Shown here in pieces: positions 52,884 to 63,815 of a stretch of 64,000 nucleotides of DNA (the stretch's first letter is position 1; each line of letters opens with the position of its first letter). This stretch comes from Diplonema japonicum. Taxonomy: Eukaryota; Protista; Euglenozoa: Diplonemea. Under the pieces are notes generated by a model. It saw only the letters and a program-made list of their open reading frames with translations, was not told where the DNA came from and did no database searches. Made by a program: the position numbers and the translations under genes. The DNA is taken from NCBI GenBank assembly GCA_964019335.1, contig OZ025753.1, forward strand, positions 186,001 to 250,000, in the 5' to 3' direction.

Positions 52884-55800
52884 ATGCCTTCCATCACGGA
52901 GGTGTTGGAGAAGCAAGATAATCACAACGCAAGGATGCGTCAGACGGCATTGCTCGCTTCGAAGGGCGGCGAGGACGTGGAGGCACTGCTGAAGAGGTTA
53001 GCGGACGATGAGCTGTCTCCCTGGCTGGGGACGTACGCGATCGTGGCGGCGGCGGTGAGGAAGGACGGAGCTACCTTGGGCGAGGTGGTTAGAAGAAGCA
53101 AGTCGTGGATCCTGACGGCAAGGGCTGTGCAGGCTTTGGCAAAGTTCGACCAGACACAGGTCGGGGAGATCTTCCTCCACAAGGACACCTCGCTGCAGCT
53201 GAAGTCCGTGATCGTGCCGACCTTGGTGCAGATCAACGCCTCTATCCTTCAAACAATACAAGAGAACTCTGTGCTGGGGGGCTCTTGGCTTGCGTTGCTG
53301 CTCCTCTGTCGAACCACCATTACTCCTGCACACAAGGAGCTCGTCCGCGCGTGGCTCCCGAAGCTGGCAAGGTTCACGAAGCTGGAGCCCAAGCCAGGAA
53401 CGTCGGCCTACGCACCCCTTGGGAAGAGTCACGTCTATGGAAAGATCGATTTGGAGAACATCTACCAGTCCCTGGCGAAGAAGTACCCCGAGGTGCTACT
53501 GGAGATGCTTGGTGCGGAGACAGACTTCGACTTCAGGTGGTACAGGTCGTCGAGGGAGCTGGCCGCCTCGCACCCCGACGAGATGATGAAGATCTTCGAG
53601 AAGCACAGCGGCAGCTCCAGGGGAGTGTGGTTTCTCTCGAGGCCCCTTGTTCGGCACCGCCCAGAAGAGGTACTGTTGATCTTCAAGCGGATCGGTGCTC
53701 TTTCAGCTGCGTTTGCCTGGTGTTTCAAGAAGTTGATGTACTCCCCGAGGCACCGGGAGGTGGGGCTGGACGTGATTGCTCATTGTATACCGGGGACCAC
53801 GAACGACAAGGACATCAGGGCAGTCGTGCGTTTGATGGTGAAGCTGCTGAAGGAGGGGCACACGTCGAGAAGGATCCACGACACCCTTTGTGACCTCGTT
53901 GCCGCGTACACAGTGAAGGACAGCGTCTTCGAGCTGAACGACCTGATGGAGCAGGGGAGGGGGGTGGACAAGTGGAGCTTCGACCCTTCGCAGGAGAGGG
54001 TGGATGCCCTCGTGGCTCGGCAGCTTCGCGTCGGCAGGGTGAACATCAAGCGGTGTCAGGACGGGAAGCTCAAGGCGGCACTGGATCACTGCGCTGTGCA
54101 GGAGGAGCATGCAGAAGTGGTGGGCGAGATTGTGAGGAACCATGCGGGATGCCGGAACATGCTTCCACGGAAGGTGGTGCAGCAGGTGCTCGGCGAGTGG
54201 GTCGTCTCCGCCGACTTCTCTTCCCTCGACGTGGTGACCAAGGCGTCCACATACTCAGACATGGACATCGGTACCTCCGAGGAACCGCTGAAGGCGCTGC
54301 TTGGCACGCACGATGCTGCTGAGAGGACCGCAGTGCTGGTGGCTCTGGTGACCGCTTCCGCAAGGTCTCGGAAGAGTACAAGCCGTCTCATGGACTGGAT
54401 CAAGACGCGCATCAAGAACGAAGAGGCCTCTGTGACCGCCCCGGTCATGAAGTGCTTGCTGGAGGAGACGCCGTTCGAGAACTTCGAGACGACAGTGGAG
54501 TCTGTCCAGCACTTGGAAGAGCTGTTCAGCCTCTGCTTGGACTGGGGGGCTAGTGACTGGATGAGCTCCTGGTCGTTCTGGGCTGCTTCTGCCTTTGTTC
54601 ACCACCAGGTTCTCTCACCTTCGAGCAAGGAAAGGGAAAACAGTGTTCTGAGGTTCAGCAAGGATGTCTTGGGGAGGATGGATGATGCACGGGTGCAGAC
54701 TGCGAAGGATGTCCTGGAGGCCTACAACAAAGCAGCCGTGAAGGTCAAGGAGAGGTTGGACAAGAAGAGCTATGAAGCCGTTGGGACACAGATGGTGAAG
54801 TACGCTGAGATGGCATACAAAAGGCGCATCAGAGTCAGCGACGATGAGGCCGCGAAGTACTACAACCTCAAGCGTCCAGAGATAGTTGCCTTCACTAACC
54901 TGAACAGCTTCGTGGAGCTTATCAAGGTAGCTGGGGTAGAGTTTGTGACTGGTGCTCCGCGGCTAGCGTGTCACGCAGAAACACTAATCGAAGGCATCAC
55001 AATGACCTACCCTGTCAGTGCGAAGTGCCTGAACGAACAGACCGATGTGTTATCGAGCACTACATTATGGAGGGGTGTCTGCGTGAAGGCCCTTTCCGGG
55101 CTCAAGAAGAACAAGGAGGACGGCTTGAAGGTCTGTGGACTGGTTTCCACGTATCTCAAAAGGCTTCCCATCACGGAGAAGTCTTACAAGGAGAAGCTCG
55201 GGAAGGGTGCAAGCGACGTTGATGCTGTGAAGAGGTACCTTCAGTTCTACAAGCCACTGCTTCTCGAAGCGTGTAAAGTGTACTCAGCAAAGTGGAAGCA
55301 AGATGAAACTTCTAAAACATGGTGGTCCACAACCTCCTCGATCTTCAAGGAGTACCTTGTGGACAACCTGAGGTACATACCCGAGGTGGAAGCGGGTGTC
55401 ATAGGCATCATCAATATGAGCGTTGGCATTAGCAGCCTTTTTAGGTATAAGAACTACACAGCTGAACTAGTTCGCGAAATAAAACATCCTGACGAGCATA
55501 CAAAAGATGTTTTCAAGTTCGCGGTTGAGCACGTGGATCCAAACATATGCAAAGATGTGGTAATCAGCCTGGCTGAGTACTGCGATCCGAAGCACGTTGC
55601 ATTTGTTGCCCGCCCCTCACGTACCTTTGATGCCACCTCGCAGTCCCACCACAGGCGGCCCAGGTTTAGGTTCCAACGAGGGTCCGCAGCTGCCCGCCGC
55701 AAGGCTTCCATAGCAAAGAAGAAGAAGGACTGCGCCCAACGGGCCAAGGATTCCGAGGGTTGGGGAGCACCTGTTGCAAAGCTCATGCAAAAGCTTAGTC

Positions 55801-58148
55801 ATAACGATGCTTATTATGCTGCTGAAATGTTAGAAGATCTATTGAGCTCGCCTATCATGTCGAAGGAGAAGCGCAACACCATCAAAGCTGTCTACACCGC
55901 TCTGGACAACTGCACTGATGATATGCGCTATTTCAACTTCAACTGCTTGAGGAATGATCCGAACCTTGAGGCTTTCATGGCGAAGCATGTCACAAGTTCC
56001 AACGTCAAAGCTGCTGTGGACGAGTACCTAGGTCCTTTCCATAAAAGGAAGCGGAGGATGCAACATCTGATCAAGAAAGGGTTGGGGTCTTGCGATCCGA
56101 GAACTGTTTTCGCGGAGAGCACGTTGTTTCAAAAGTACGTGTTCAAGTACTACCCGGAGCAGGTGAAGACGCTGCTGGATGGCAGGAAGGAGATAGGCCT
56201 CCCCGGCATCGTCGACAACCTCCTGGGTGCGGCCCCTAGATTCGGTGGGCAGACCACAGATGTGATGCGGTATGTGCACACACTTCCCCCATGGGTGCAG
56301 CAGTACCTCTGGGACGAGTGGATCATTCCCTGCGCCTTTGACGTTGAGTCTGGAAAGCTCTTCCTTGAGCGCTCCTCATACGAAGGGCAGGGAAATGAGG
56401 AGGACAGCAGCCACCAAACAAAAGCAAGGAGGATGTGGCTCGGTGCTGCGATGTCCTCGGCACCGAAGATCCCTCCTGTGACCTCGGCAGACCACCCGTT
56501 CAACAAGTTTTTTGTGCGGACCATAATAGACAAGGAGGCTGTGGAGGATCTGACCAAAGAAGAGGAAGGCAACGTCAAGAAGTCGAGCAAGCTGGCGGAG
56601 GGGATCCTGAGGACCTCTCGTTCGGCACAGCTCTGCTTGGAGCTTCTGCTTGCGCTGAGGACACACGACTACCCTTTGGCGGCCCTGGAGGTGCTGACGG
56701 CGCACCTGGACCAGGGTGTGGCGGTGAAGACGGCGATCCCGTCGACGGCAGCGGCTCTGAGGTGCATCAGTCCGAATGATGCCTGCGAGGTGCTGCAGAA
56801 GGTCCTTGGGAGGGAGGAGACGAGGGCGGCGGCGAGGTCACAGCTTGGGAGGTGCTGCATCAAGCTGCTGCATCCCGAGCAGGCACTTGGCTTCGTGGAG
56901 CGTGAATGGAAACAAGAGGGCAGCTGGGTGATGGTTTCTGACGAAGAAGAGAAAGAGGAGGAGGAGGAAGAGGACAAAGAGGAGGGAACTCGCCGGTCTG
57001 GAGGAGGACGAGGAGGAAGGGGAGGGAAGGCGAAGGTCTTTGCGTCGACAAAAGTGGCACTCATTTGCTCGTTGGTGACGTCGCCCTCTCTGAGGGAGCT
57101 CCCGTCTCTGTGGGGGCGCATCATGTCGATCTCAGAGACGAGGACGGAGGAGAACATCTACATCGCAGGTCAGATGCTTGAGGCGTTGGCGGGGACGAAC
57201 GGTGTGCGCACCCTGAACATCGACTATTGGCCCTTGTGTGCAGCGGACGGGCTCGCCGGGCTGGTGGCATCCTTCAGCGACGTGAAGATCTTGGAGGACA
57301 ATGTGTTGGCTGTGCTGCGGAAGTGGTTCAAGATGCTGAAGTGCAACCCGTCTGCGGAGGTCTCCTTCAGCGACTCGGAGGGGGTGACCAGAGCCTTGCT
57401 GGACAGCACCGACTCGCCTTTGGTGTGCGAGATGATCAGGGCGCTGACGGCGGCGCGCCCCGGTTTGTTTGCTGGGGTCTGCAAGCACAAGACGGAGCAG
57501 ATGGCGGCGGCGGCTGCCAGCAGGGATCTGGGGAAGCTGAGGGATGTGAGAGTGTCGCTGACCGGGGTGATGGAGAACGGCGAGACCGCGATCGAAAAGG
57601 CGGAGTATGGGAAGGCTATCGATGTGCTGGTGAGAACTCCCGGTGGGGTTTCAGCGGCAATCCAGCTTGTGGCCAATCACTGGGCGGCGCACAAGGAAGA
57701 CCGCAGTGAAGGGGCAGCGCTTCGGAAGATGGCGGAGATCCTCGATGAGGTGGGGCAGCAGGGCTACAACGTGTTCGTCACCGGGAACGTTCTGTCGAAG
57801 ATGAAGAAGGACAGGTTGGCTGAGATCTGCAGGGAGATGCTGGAGGAGACGGATGATGCTGAGGGCGGGGCAGGGCTCCCTGACAGCTACAAGTACGTCT
57901 TGCTGAAGTACGTCAAGTACTGCAGGCCCTATTCTGCAGATTCGAGCGTAACGGAGCTTGTCCGAAGGCTCCTCGTGGACCCCTCAGGGGTGGTGGCGGC
58001 GGCGGCGGCAGACACCCTTGATTCCATGCCTGCAACTGTGTACCGCCCGCAACTGGTGTTACTGGACAAGCTCAAAAGAAGTCCCAGAACATACAGAAGA
58101 TATGAGTATGATTATCATGGGTATAGTTATGATTATATGAGCCCCTAG
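52884..58148 (+). CDS. Large hypothetical, probably alpha-solenoid protein (1754 aa)
   Basis: Long uninterrupted ORF, helical composition, an acidic + RGG patch; no recognisable catalytic motif. Confidence 0.85.
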   Translation: MPSITEVLEKQDNHNARMRQTALLASKGGEDVEALLKRLADDELSPWLGTYAIVAAAVRKDGATLGEVVRRSKSWILTARAVQALAKFDQTQVGEIFLHKDTSLQLKSVIVPTLVQINASILQTIQENSVLGGSWLALLLLCRTTITPAHKELVRAWLPKLARFTKLEPKPGTSAYAPLGKSHVYGKIDLENIYQSLAKKYPEVLLEMLGAETDFDFRWYRSSRELAASHPDEMMKIFEKHSGSSRGVWFLSRPLVRHRPEEVLLIFKRIGALSAAFAWCFKKLMYSPRHREVGLDVIAHCIPGTTNDKDIRAVVRLMVKLLKEGHTSRRIHDTLCDLVAAYTVKDSVFELNDLMEQGRGVDKWSFDPSQERVDALVARQLRVGRVNIKRCQDGKLKAALDHCAVQEEHAEVVGEIVRNHAGCRNMLPRKVVQQVLGEWVVSADFSSLDVVTKASTYSDMDIGTSEEPLKALLGTHDAAERTAVLVALVTASARSRKSTSRLMDWIKTRIKNEEASVTAPVMKCLLEETPFENFETTVESVQHLEELFSLCLDWGASDWMSSWSFWAASAFVHHQVLSPSSKERENSVLRFSKDVLGRMDDARVQTAKDVLEAYNKAAVKVKERLDKKSYEAVGTQMVKYAEMAYKRRIRVSDDEAAKYYNLKRPEIVAFTNLNSFVELIKVAGVEFVTGAPRLACHAETLIEGITMTYPVSAKCLNEQTDVLSSTTLWRGVCVKALSGLKKNKEDGLKVCGLVSTYLKRLPITEKSYKEKLGKGASDVDAVKRYLQFYKPLLLEACKVYSAKWKQDETSKTWWSTTSSIFKEYLVDNLRYIPEVEAGVIGIINMSVGISSLFRYKNYTAELVREIKHPDEHTKDVFKFAVEHVDPNICKDVVISLAEYCDPKHVAFVARPSRTFDATSQSHHRRPRFRFQRGSAAARRKASIAKKKKDCAQRAKDSEGWGAPVAKLMQKLSHNDAYYAAEMLEDLLSSPIMSKEKRNTIKAVYTALDNCTDDMRYFNFNCLRNDPNLEAFMAKHVTSSNVKAAVDEYLGPFHKRKRRMQHLIKKGLGSCDPRTVFAESTLFQKYVFKYYPEQVKTLLDGRKEIGLPGIVDNLLGAAPRFGGQTTDVMRYVHTLPPWVQQYLWDEWIIPCAFDVESGKLFLERSSYEGQGNEEDSSHQTKARRMWLGAAMSSAPKIPPVTSADHPFNKFFVRTIIDKEAVEDLTKEEEGNVKKSSKLAEGILRTSRSAQLCLELLLALRTHDYPLAALEVLTAHLDQGVAVKTAIPSTAAALRCISPNDACEVLQKVLGREETRAAARSQLGRCCIKLLHPEQALGFVEREWKQEGSWVMVSDEEEKEEEEEEDKEEGTRRSGGGRGGRGGKAKVFASTKVALICSLVTSPSLRELPSLWGRIMSISETRTEENIYIAGQMLEALAGTNGVRTLNIDYWPLCAADGLAGLVASFSDVKILEDNVLAVLRKWFKMLKCNPSAEVSFSDSEGVTRALLDSTDSPLVCEMIRALTAARPGLFAGVCKHKTEQMAAAAASRDLGKLRDVRVSLTGVMENGETAIEKAEYGKAIDVLVRTPGGVSAAIQLVANHWAAHKEDRSEGAALRKMAEILDEVGQQGYNVFVTGNVLSKMKKDRLAEICREMLEETDDAEGGAGLPDSYKYVLLKYVKYCRPYSADSSVTELVRRLLVDPSGVVAAAAADTLDSMPATVYRPQLVLLDKLKRSPRTYRRYEYDYHGYSYDYMSP

Positions 58149-58442
58149 GAGTTGAGAAGGTAGTGGAGAATTCAACTTGTACTTATGTTCCCCTCGCACA
58201 ACACCAAATAAGAGAATTAATAACGAATGAAAAAGAATGAATAAAAAAGAAGGAAGTCGGTTTATATCTTTTGCTTTCTGTGCACAATATCGGAGAAGAA
58301 GAAAACTGAAAACATTCTTGTGAACATTCCTTTCGTCGGCATTTTATTTTGATTGTTTCCCTCCTTTCTTCCTTTGCTGCATATCAAAAAGAAAAAAAAG
58401 AAATGCCACAATACAGGACACAAGAAAAAGCAAAAAAAAGAA

Positions 58443-60827
58443 ATGCACGAAAAGCTAAGTCACATTGAGGAGGCACCCATATGGTGGCACCTTCACAATG
58501 AACAGCTTGGCGAAGGGGGCTTTGGGGCTGCTAAGAAGGTAGACGTGGGAGGGATAGAGTACATATGGAAGGTCTTCAAAGCAGACCTAGTTGCAGCGAA
58601 CCCTGACGCGGCCTTGAACGAGATCAACGCTCTGGAGAACATCAGGGACAACACAAGCACGGTGCACATCGTGAAGTACTATGAGGCGAAGAAAAGAGGC
58701 GAGAATCTGTGCCTGCGCTTCGAGTTGTGTTCGGGGGGTTCCCTGAGACGCTCCCTCCGCCAGCTTTCGCCGGAGCAAGCTCAGCGGTTTTCGCTTCACC
58801 TTTTCATTGGGGTCGCCGCTCTTCACGGAATAGATCTCATCCACAGGGATTTGAAGCCCGACAACCTCGTTCTCTCTGGTCACGACTTGGACGCAGCTGA
58901 TCTGAAGATCATCGACTTCGGGTTTGCCCGTTTGCAGGAAGGAACACGATGCTACACTCTCTGCGGTTCAGAGAGATACCAGGACCCCATGATGAACAGG
59001 ATGCCCAGCACCCAGTACCCTCCCAAGGCAGCTGACTTGTACGCAATCGGGATGATGCTCAAGGAGGACCTCTTCAAAATGGAGAACATCGGACCTGTGA
59101 GCGACAAGCTGCGAAAGGCGGTCGACGTTGCGGTGGGGAATCTGTTGACGGAGGACGTGAAGGAGAGGTGGACGATAGAGGACCTGATGGCCTCTGACTT
59201 GACTAAGATGTGCGAAGAACAAACGGAGCGCATGGAGAGCACCACGACAGAGGTATGCCACCCGGGGACGTTCGTGATGATGGAGAACGCTGCTGCTTTT
59301 TCTGCTGTTTCGGTTTCGTGCCACATCAACGCGCTTGCTGTTGCCGATGGGCACGGGTTGAAGCTGGTGGATCTGAGTGACGGGGTGCCGGTTTTTGCAG
59401 TTCGAGCGTCTTCTGCAGTGCGCTGTGTGGCAGTCTTGTCATCCAAGGAGGTAATCTTCGCCGACAGGGTTGGGGTGTGGTACGCCTGTGCCGATTCGGA
59501 GCAGCGCGCCCGCCCTCTGCAGCTGGTGGAGCGTGTTGAAGGCGTGACGCACATCAGCACAACGGATGGGGGGCGATGGGTCGCGTACACGACCCCCGTG
59601 GAGACTCGTATCGCAAAGGTGCACAGAGATGGGAAAGGGATCTTCCTGACACACTTCACCTTCGTCAACGGCGTGTCTCCGTGCATCGTGGAGAACTCGG
59701 AGAAAGGCCTCGTAAAGGGGTTCATCGACTCCATCGGTGAGCTCGACGTCAGCACTCACAAGGCCACCGCAAAGCTCGCGCAAGGCAACCAGGCCCTGAA
59801 AACCGCCTTCCAGCGCCAGATCTACGAGGCCCTTGTCAGGCGGAACCTCCGCGAGGTTTCCGTGAAGGGGGACCTGAAGAGGTACAGGCAGTGGCCGCGC
59901 GACACCGTCGCCAGGGGCATACCTAGCAACGCCACCCTGATTCTGTCCTGCTCCGGGCGGCACGTGGCTATATACGACCCAAAGCAGGAGAAGGTCCGGG
60001 TTATCAAATACTCAAGGGAGTCGAACAGCCTCGACAGCATCTTAGAAGTACCCCGTGTGAGCAGCATTACTTCGATGTCCTTCTCCTCGGGTGCCAGTGG
60101 GCTGGAGACCTCGTGCGAAGGGTACTTTATGGTGACGTGCAAGAACTGGATGATGAGCTACTACGCGTACGTTTACAGCCTGAAGGAAGGTGCTGGGAAG
60201 ACCTACGTCAAGAGGATCCAGTTGAGTAGTTCGAAGGACGTGGCTTTCTTTGCCCCGCCAGGGGACGGCAGCAACAAGGACGACCAGCCTCCCGTAGTCA
60301 CGGTGCTGGAGATGGACAAGAAGGGGATGAACCTGGTGTCCGGCGGGGAGAAGATACCCAATATTCTCCAGGACAAGTTGAACATTGTTCCGGAGCACAG
60401 GGATTCAGGGCTGTCCGCGGAGAAGTACGGGTGCATGCAATGGGTGAGTGGAGAGCTGGTGTGCAACGGGTCAGCCTCATACCCCGCTGTTCTTGGAAAC
60501 ACTGGCTATGAACTGCTCGTTGTTCCATGTGACCCTACGAAGCCGCGTATCTGCCTACACCACAAAGACTTTACTTGGAAGTGTTCGGGTCTATCGGCGA
60601 CGCTGTACCACGGCCATAATATGAAGATGACGTCCGTCTTCAAGGTGAGTGACACCGATGCGGACCTGGCCTCGCTTCTGGAGTTTGAAGACACTGCAGT
60701 GTCGTCAAAGGACAAGGAGATTGAAGCAGGCCTCTCTGCTGCTCTTCTGAATCCTTCCCTTGCTCACCTCCGGCCAATGTTGGACCTTCTACAGGTAGAG
60801 GCGGGGAGCTACCCTAGCAGAGTGTAA
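58443..60827 (+). CDS. Ser/Thr protein kinase with a C-terminal beta-propeller-like region
   Basis: LGEGGFG, YIWK, NEINAL, HRDLKPDN, IIDFG, DLYAIG; beta-rich repeats follow. Confidence 0.9.
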   Translation: MHEKLSHIEEAPIWWHLHNEQLGEGGFGAAKKVDVGGIEYIWKVFKADLVAANPDAALNEINALENIRDNTSTVHIVKYYEAKKRGENLCLRFELCSGGSLRRSLRQLSPEQAQRFSLHLFIGVAALHGIDLIHRDLKPDNLVLSGHDLDAADLKIIDFGFARLQEGTRCYTLCGSERYQDPMMNRMPSTQYPPKAADLYAIGMMLKEDLFKMENIGPVSDKLRKAVDVAVGNLLTEDVKERWTIEDLMASDLTKMCEEQTERMESTTTEVCHPGTFVMMENAAAFSAVSVSCHINALAVADGHGLKLVDLSDGVPVFAVRASSAVRCVAVLSSKEVIFADRVGVWYACADSEQRARPLQLVERVEGVTHISTTDGGRWVAYTTPVETRIAKVHRDGKGIFLTHFTFVNGVSPCIVENSEKGLVKGFIDSIGELDVSTHKATAKLAQGNQALKTAFQRQIYEALVRRNLREVSVKGDLKRYRQWPRDTVARGIPSNATLILSCSGRHVAIYDPKQEKVRVIKYSRESNSLDSILEVPRVSSITSMSFSSGASGLETSCEGYFMVTCKNWMMSYYAYVYSLKEGAGKTYVKRIQLSSSKDVAFFAPPGDGSNKDDQPPVVTVLEMDKKGMNLVSGGEKIPNILQDKLNIVPEHRDSGLSAEKYGCMQWVSGELVCNGSASYPAVLGNTGYELLVVPCDPTKPRICLHHKDFTWKCSGLSATLYHGHNMKMTSVFKVSDTDADLASLLEFEDTAVSSKDKEIEAGLSAALLNPSLAHLRPMLDLLQVEAGSYPSRV

Positions 60828-60869
60828 GGGTGGGGAATGGGTTTACAAACTGTATTTTTTCGGGTTTTG

Positions 60870-60901
<32 letters not shown>

Positions 60902-61679
60902 TTTCTTAAGGCAAACCATACCCCCGAACTCCGATACATGTGTTTGCAAAAAAAGAAGAAGGAAAGCTATGTCATTGTTTCGCGATAGCTTTGGATCAAC
61001 TTTGAAAAGATGCGTGGATGTGCGAAAGAACATTTCGTTTCACCAGTATGCCGGTGTGTATGTGGGGGAGGGGGTGTTTTTATTCTTATTTTGTCAACCC
61101 GTTCGTAGGTGGAGAGCACTTTTTTCTTTTTGTTTTTTTCTAAGGAACGTTTCTTGCCCCTTATTGTCCATTTCAGTATTTCCATTTTCTTTTTTTTTTT
61201 TTTGCGTTGGGAGTGTGGGGGGGCTCAGAGCTGCGATGTGTTTTATAAAGAAAAAAGAAATAAAACTTCGGGGTACTGTGAAATGGTACACGTTCTCCTT
61301 TTTTCCCCCCTTCTTTTTCTTCTTTTTCTTTTCTTAAAATGGGGATTTTTCTTTTTTTCTCTCTCTCTTTCTCACCCCTTTCTTTTTGAATGGGGACCAA
61401 GCATGCCATGTCTGAGGCTTCTCGGTTTTGCTTCGAATCACCTCACCACCTCTCAACTGGCAGCCAGCAGGAAAAAACAGCACGTTGGCGATGGCCGGAG
61501 ATAGTTGGTATGCTTCTGTTAAGAGTGAGGTTTCTTCTTTTTTTCTTTCTTTCTATCCTCTTTTTATTTTCTTTCTTTCCACACCACTCTTTTTCTATTT
61601 TACAAAAAAAAAAAGCACATTTCTTTTTTTTTTTTTCAAAGCGCCAAGAGAAAACTAATTTCTTTACAGGATACACAGC

Positions 61680-63815
61680 ATGTCCCTAGCATGTGAGCTT
61701 TCGGGGTTGAAAGGGATGAGAGATGTACTGACACCCGAGCAGTTCGAGGCAGCAAAGGACGCTGTTATCGGGGACTACGTAAAGAAGACGGAAAGAGATG
61801 CTGAGACAAAACGCAGTGTGGAAGATAGAGAGCCCCCCGCATTCACCGTCCGTCTATTCTGGGACATGTCTGGTGACGGCGTACCGAATATCGCAGAGCT
61901 CTCAGATGAAGCGAAACGGCTGCAGGAGATGTTAGTTACCAACTGGGATCCAAGCAAAGTGCACTTCGACGGCCGTTCTTACCACTCTGAGAAGATAGAT
62001 GTGTCGGATGAGGCCACAGCTGCACTACGCAATGCAGGCTTGGGACCTATACAAAGGAAGTACACTATGATATCTGATCTCACGAAACTGATGGACAACG
62101 CAGAACCGGCATCTCAGCTGTTGGTGGTGTCTGTCGTGGGTGGAGGCGAATGGTCAGGCATCATCGCCGATGTTTTGAAAGACCTGCAAGAGTACGGGTA
62201 CAAAACGGCAGTCGTTTCCAGCAACGAAGCCTTTCGCCCTATGGGGGCGTTCATCAACTGGAATGAACTGAAGAAGGAGAGGAAGGCAGCAGCCGATCCC
62301 ACGGAGCAGAACCCTCCCAAGATGGATGCCCAGATCATAGCAGCACAACTCCGCAAGAAGGTTAAACTCTTAGAAGAAAAGATTGCAATGCAGCAGCTTC
62401 TAGAGCACCAGCCTTTAGAACAGATTCCGAAGCAGCCAGAGAATATAGATGTAATGCTCTACTGGGACACCCAGTTATGCCCCGTTCCCCGAGGCATGAC
62501 CTTGGAACAAGTCATGCTGAATGTTTTAAAAGTACTACACACATTGTCGGAGAGGTGGTTCCCTGAGGAGGTCGAGGCACCTATATACCAGTTTCTGGGA
62601 GGCTTTGTCTCTGGCTGCCTTGATAGTGAGAGGTTCGAACACCAAGGCCTGACCCGTGTGGCGTCCTTGCTCCCTTCCATGGAAGAGCATGGGAAGGTTT
62701 GTTCCGTTAAAAACACGGTTTTCGTAGCAATCGCTGTCGCCCCTCCGCCTGTGTGCAGCAATAGAGGGCTGAAAACGGTGGTCTTGATGGACGTGGATAG
62801 TGATGTGACGGGCTTCCCGTCGTTCAAATGGAACACGTTTAAAGAGTGTGTGGCACCGGTGTCGCAGCGAATCGTTCACGTCAACGTGTTTTGGGACGCA
62901 GTGCATTCACCGCCCGGAGCGGCGTTCAGCAGATCGACTTTGTATTTTAACAAGTGGTTCATGGAACAGGCGGCGGAACAATTCCCAGGGGATGGTCTTG
63001 TAGCCTACCGGCTTCACGGTTGCGTGTACACAACGCAAAAGGATTTCCCATGGGACGACTGTACATGTCTCAAGCCGAGTGCAAGCCTTGTTGATGATGC
63101 TGCTGCCTTCTCGTACCCTCTGAACCCCGCCGACCGCGTCAATTCCATCATCTTCATCGTCTCCAGCAATCCTGTCGCTATAAGAGCCAAAAGGTCCTTC
63201 GCCCGAAGCGGATACAGTAGTAATAGAATTATCCATGTTGAATCGGTAACCTGTTCCTTGGTGTTGGATCGTTCCGCACCCATATCGGAGAAAAGAAAAG
63301 GTCTTTTACCGTTGCCGGCGGAGAAAAGATTCCGGCACTTACAAACAACGGCCAGTTCCTCTTTGCCGGCGGAGAAAAGAATGAAGGTGGAGGTAGGAGT
63401 GTTGGGTCACAGCAGTGTCGCTCCCGCGCAGGCACCCACACATAATTGGTGGCACGAAAGACCGCCGCCGCCACCTGGCCGCCTGCCGCCACACGTGGTT
63501 GAAAGTTTGGAAAAAAGGTGGACGAAGGTAGTTAGGGTTTTGAGGTCTCAGGAGTTCTTAACCGCAAAGCAAAGTCACACTGAGCTCCCTGCTGCGCTGC
63601 GGCCTCCTGACATCTACAGCGTGATAACCACGAAGAAATTTAAGAAGTGTGTGACGAGATGGCGCAATGCACTTATGTTCTATAGGGCGCCCAAACAGAA
63701 AAAGGACAAGGCGCTCAAGAAGGAAATGAAAAAAGCAGCTGCAGCTAAATTTGCGAATACCCCGTTTCCTACGTATGAAGATGTGGTCGGCGGCGCCTTC
63801 ATTCCGTTTTCCTAG
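61680..63815 (+). CDS. SHOCT + three NYN-like domains + SLBP-like RNA-binding domain protein
   Basis: ELSGLKGMRDVLTPEQFEAAK; VRLFWD / VMLYWDTQLCPVP / VNVFWD; RPPD..TTKKFKKCVTRWRNALMFY. Confidence 0.7.
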   Translation: MSLACELSGLKGMRDVLTPEQFEAAKDAVIGDYVKKTERDAETKRSVEDREPPAFTVRLFWDMSGDGVPNIAELSDEAKRLQEMLVTNWDPSKVHFDGRSYHSEKIDVSDEATAALRNAGLGPIQRKYTMISDLTKLMDNAEPASQLLVVSVVGGGEWSGIIADVLKDLQEYGYKTAVVSSNEAFRPMGAFINWNELKKERKAAADPTEQNPPKMDAQIIAAQLRKKVKLLEEKIAMQQLLEHQPLEQIPKQPENIDVMLYWDTQLCPVPRGMTLEQVMLNVLKVLHTLSERWFPEEVEAPIYQFLGGFVSGCLDSERFEHQGLTRVASLLPSMEEHGKVCSVKNTVFVAIAVAPPPVCSNRGLKTVVLMDVDSDVTGFPSFKWNTFKECVAPVSQRIVHVNVFWDAVHSPPGAAFSRSTLYFNKWFMEQAAEQFPGDGLVAYRLHGCVYTTQKDFPWDDCTCLKPSASLVDDAAAFSYPLNPADRVNSIIFIVSSNPVAIRAKRSFARSGYSSNRIIHVESVTCSLVLDRSAPISEKRKGLLPLPAEKRFRHLQTTASSSLPAEKRMKVEVGVLGHSSVAPAQAPTHNWWHERPPPPPGRLPPHVVESLEKRWTKVVRVLRSQEFLTAKQSHTELPAALRPPDIYSVITTKKFKKCVTRWRNALMFYRAPKQKKDKALKKEMKKAAAAKFANTPFPTYEDVVGGAFIPFS

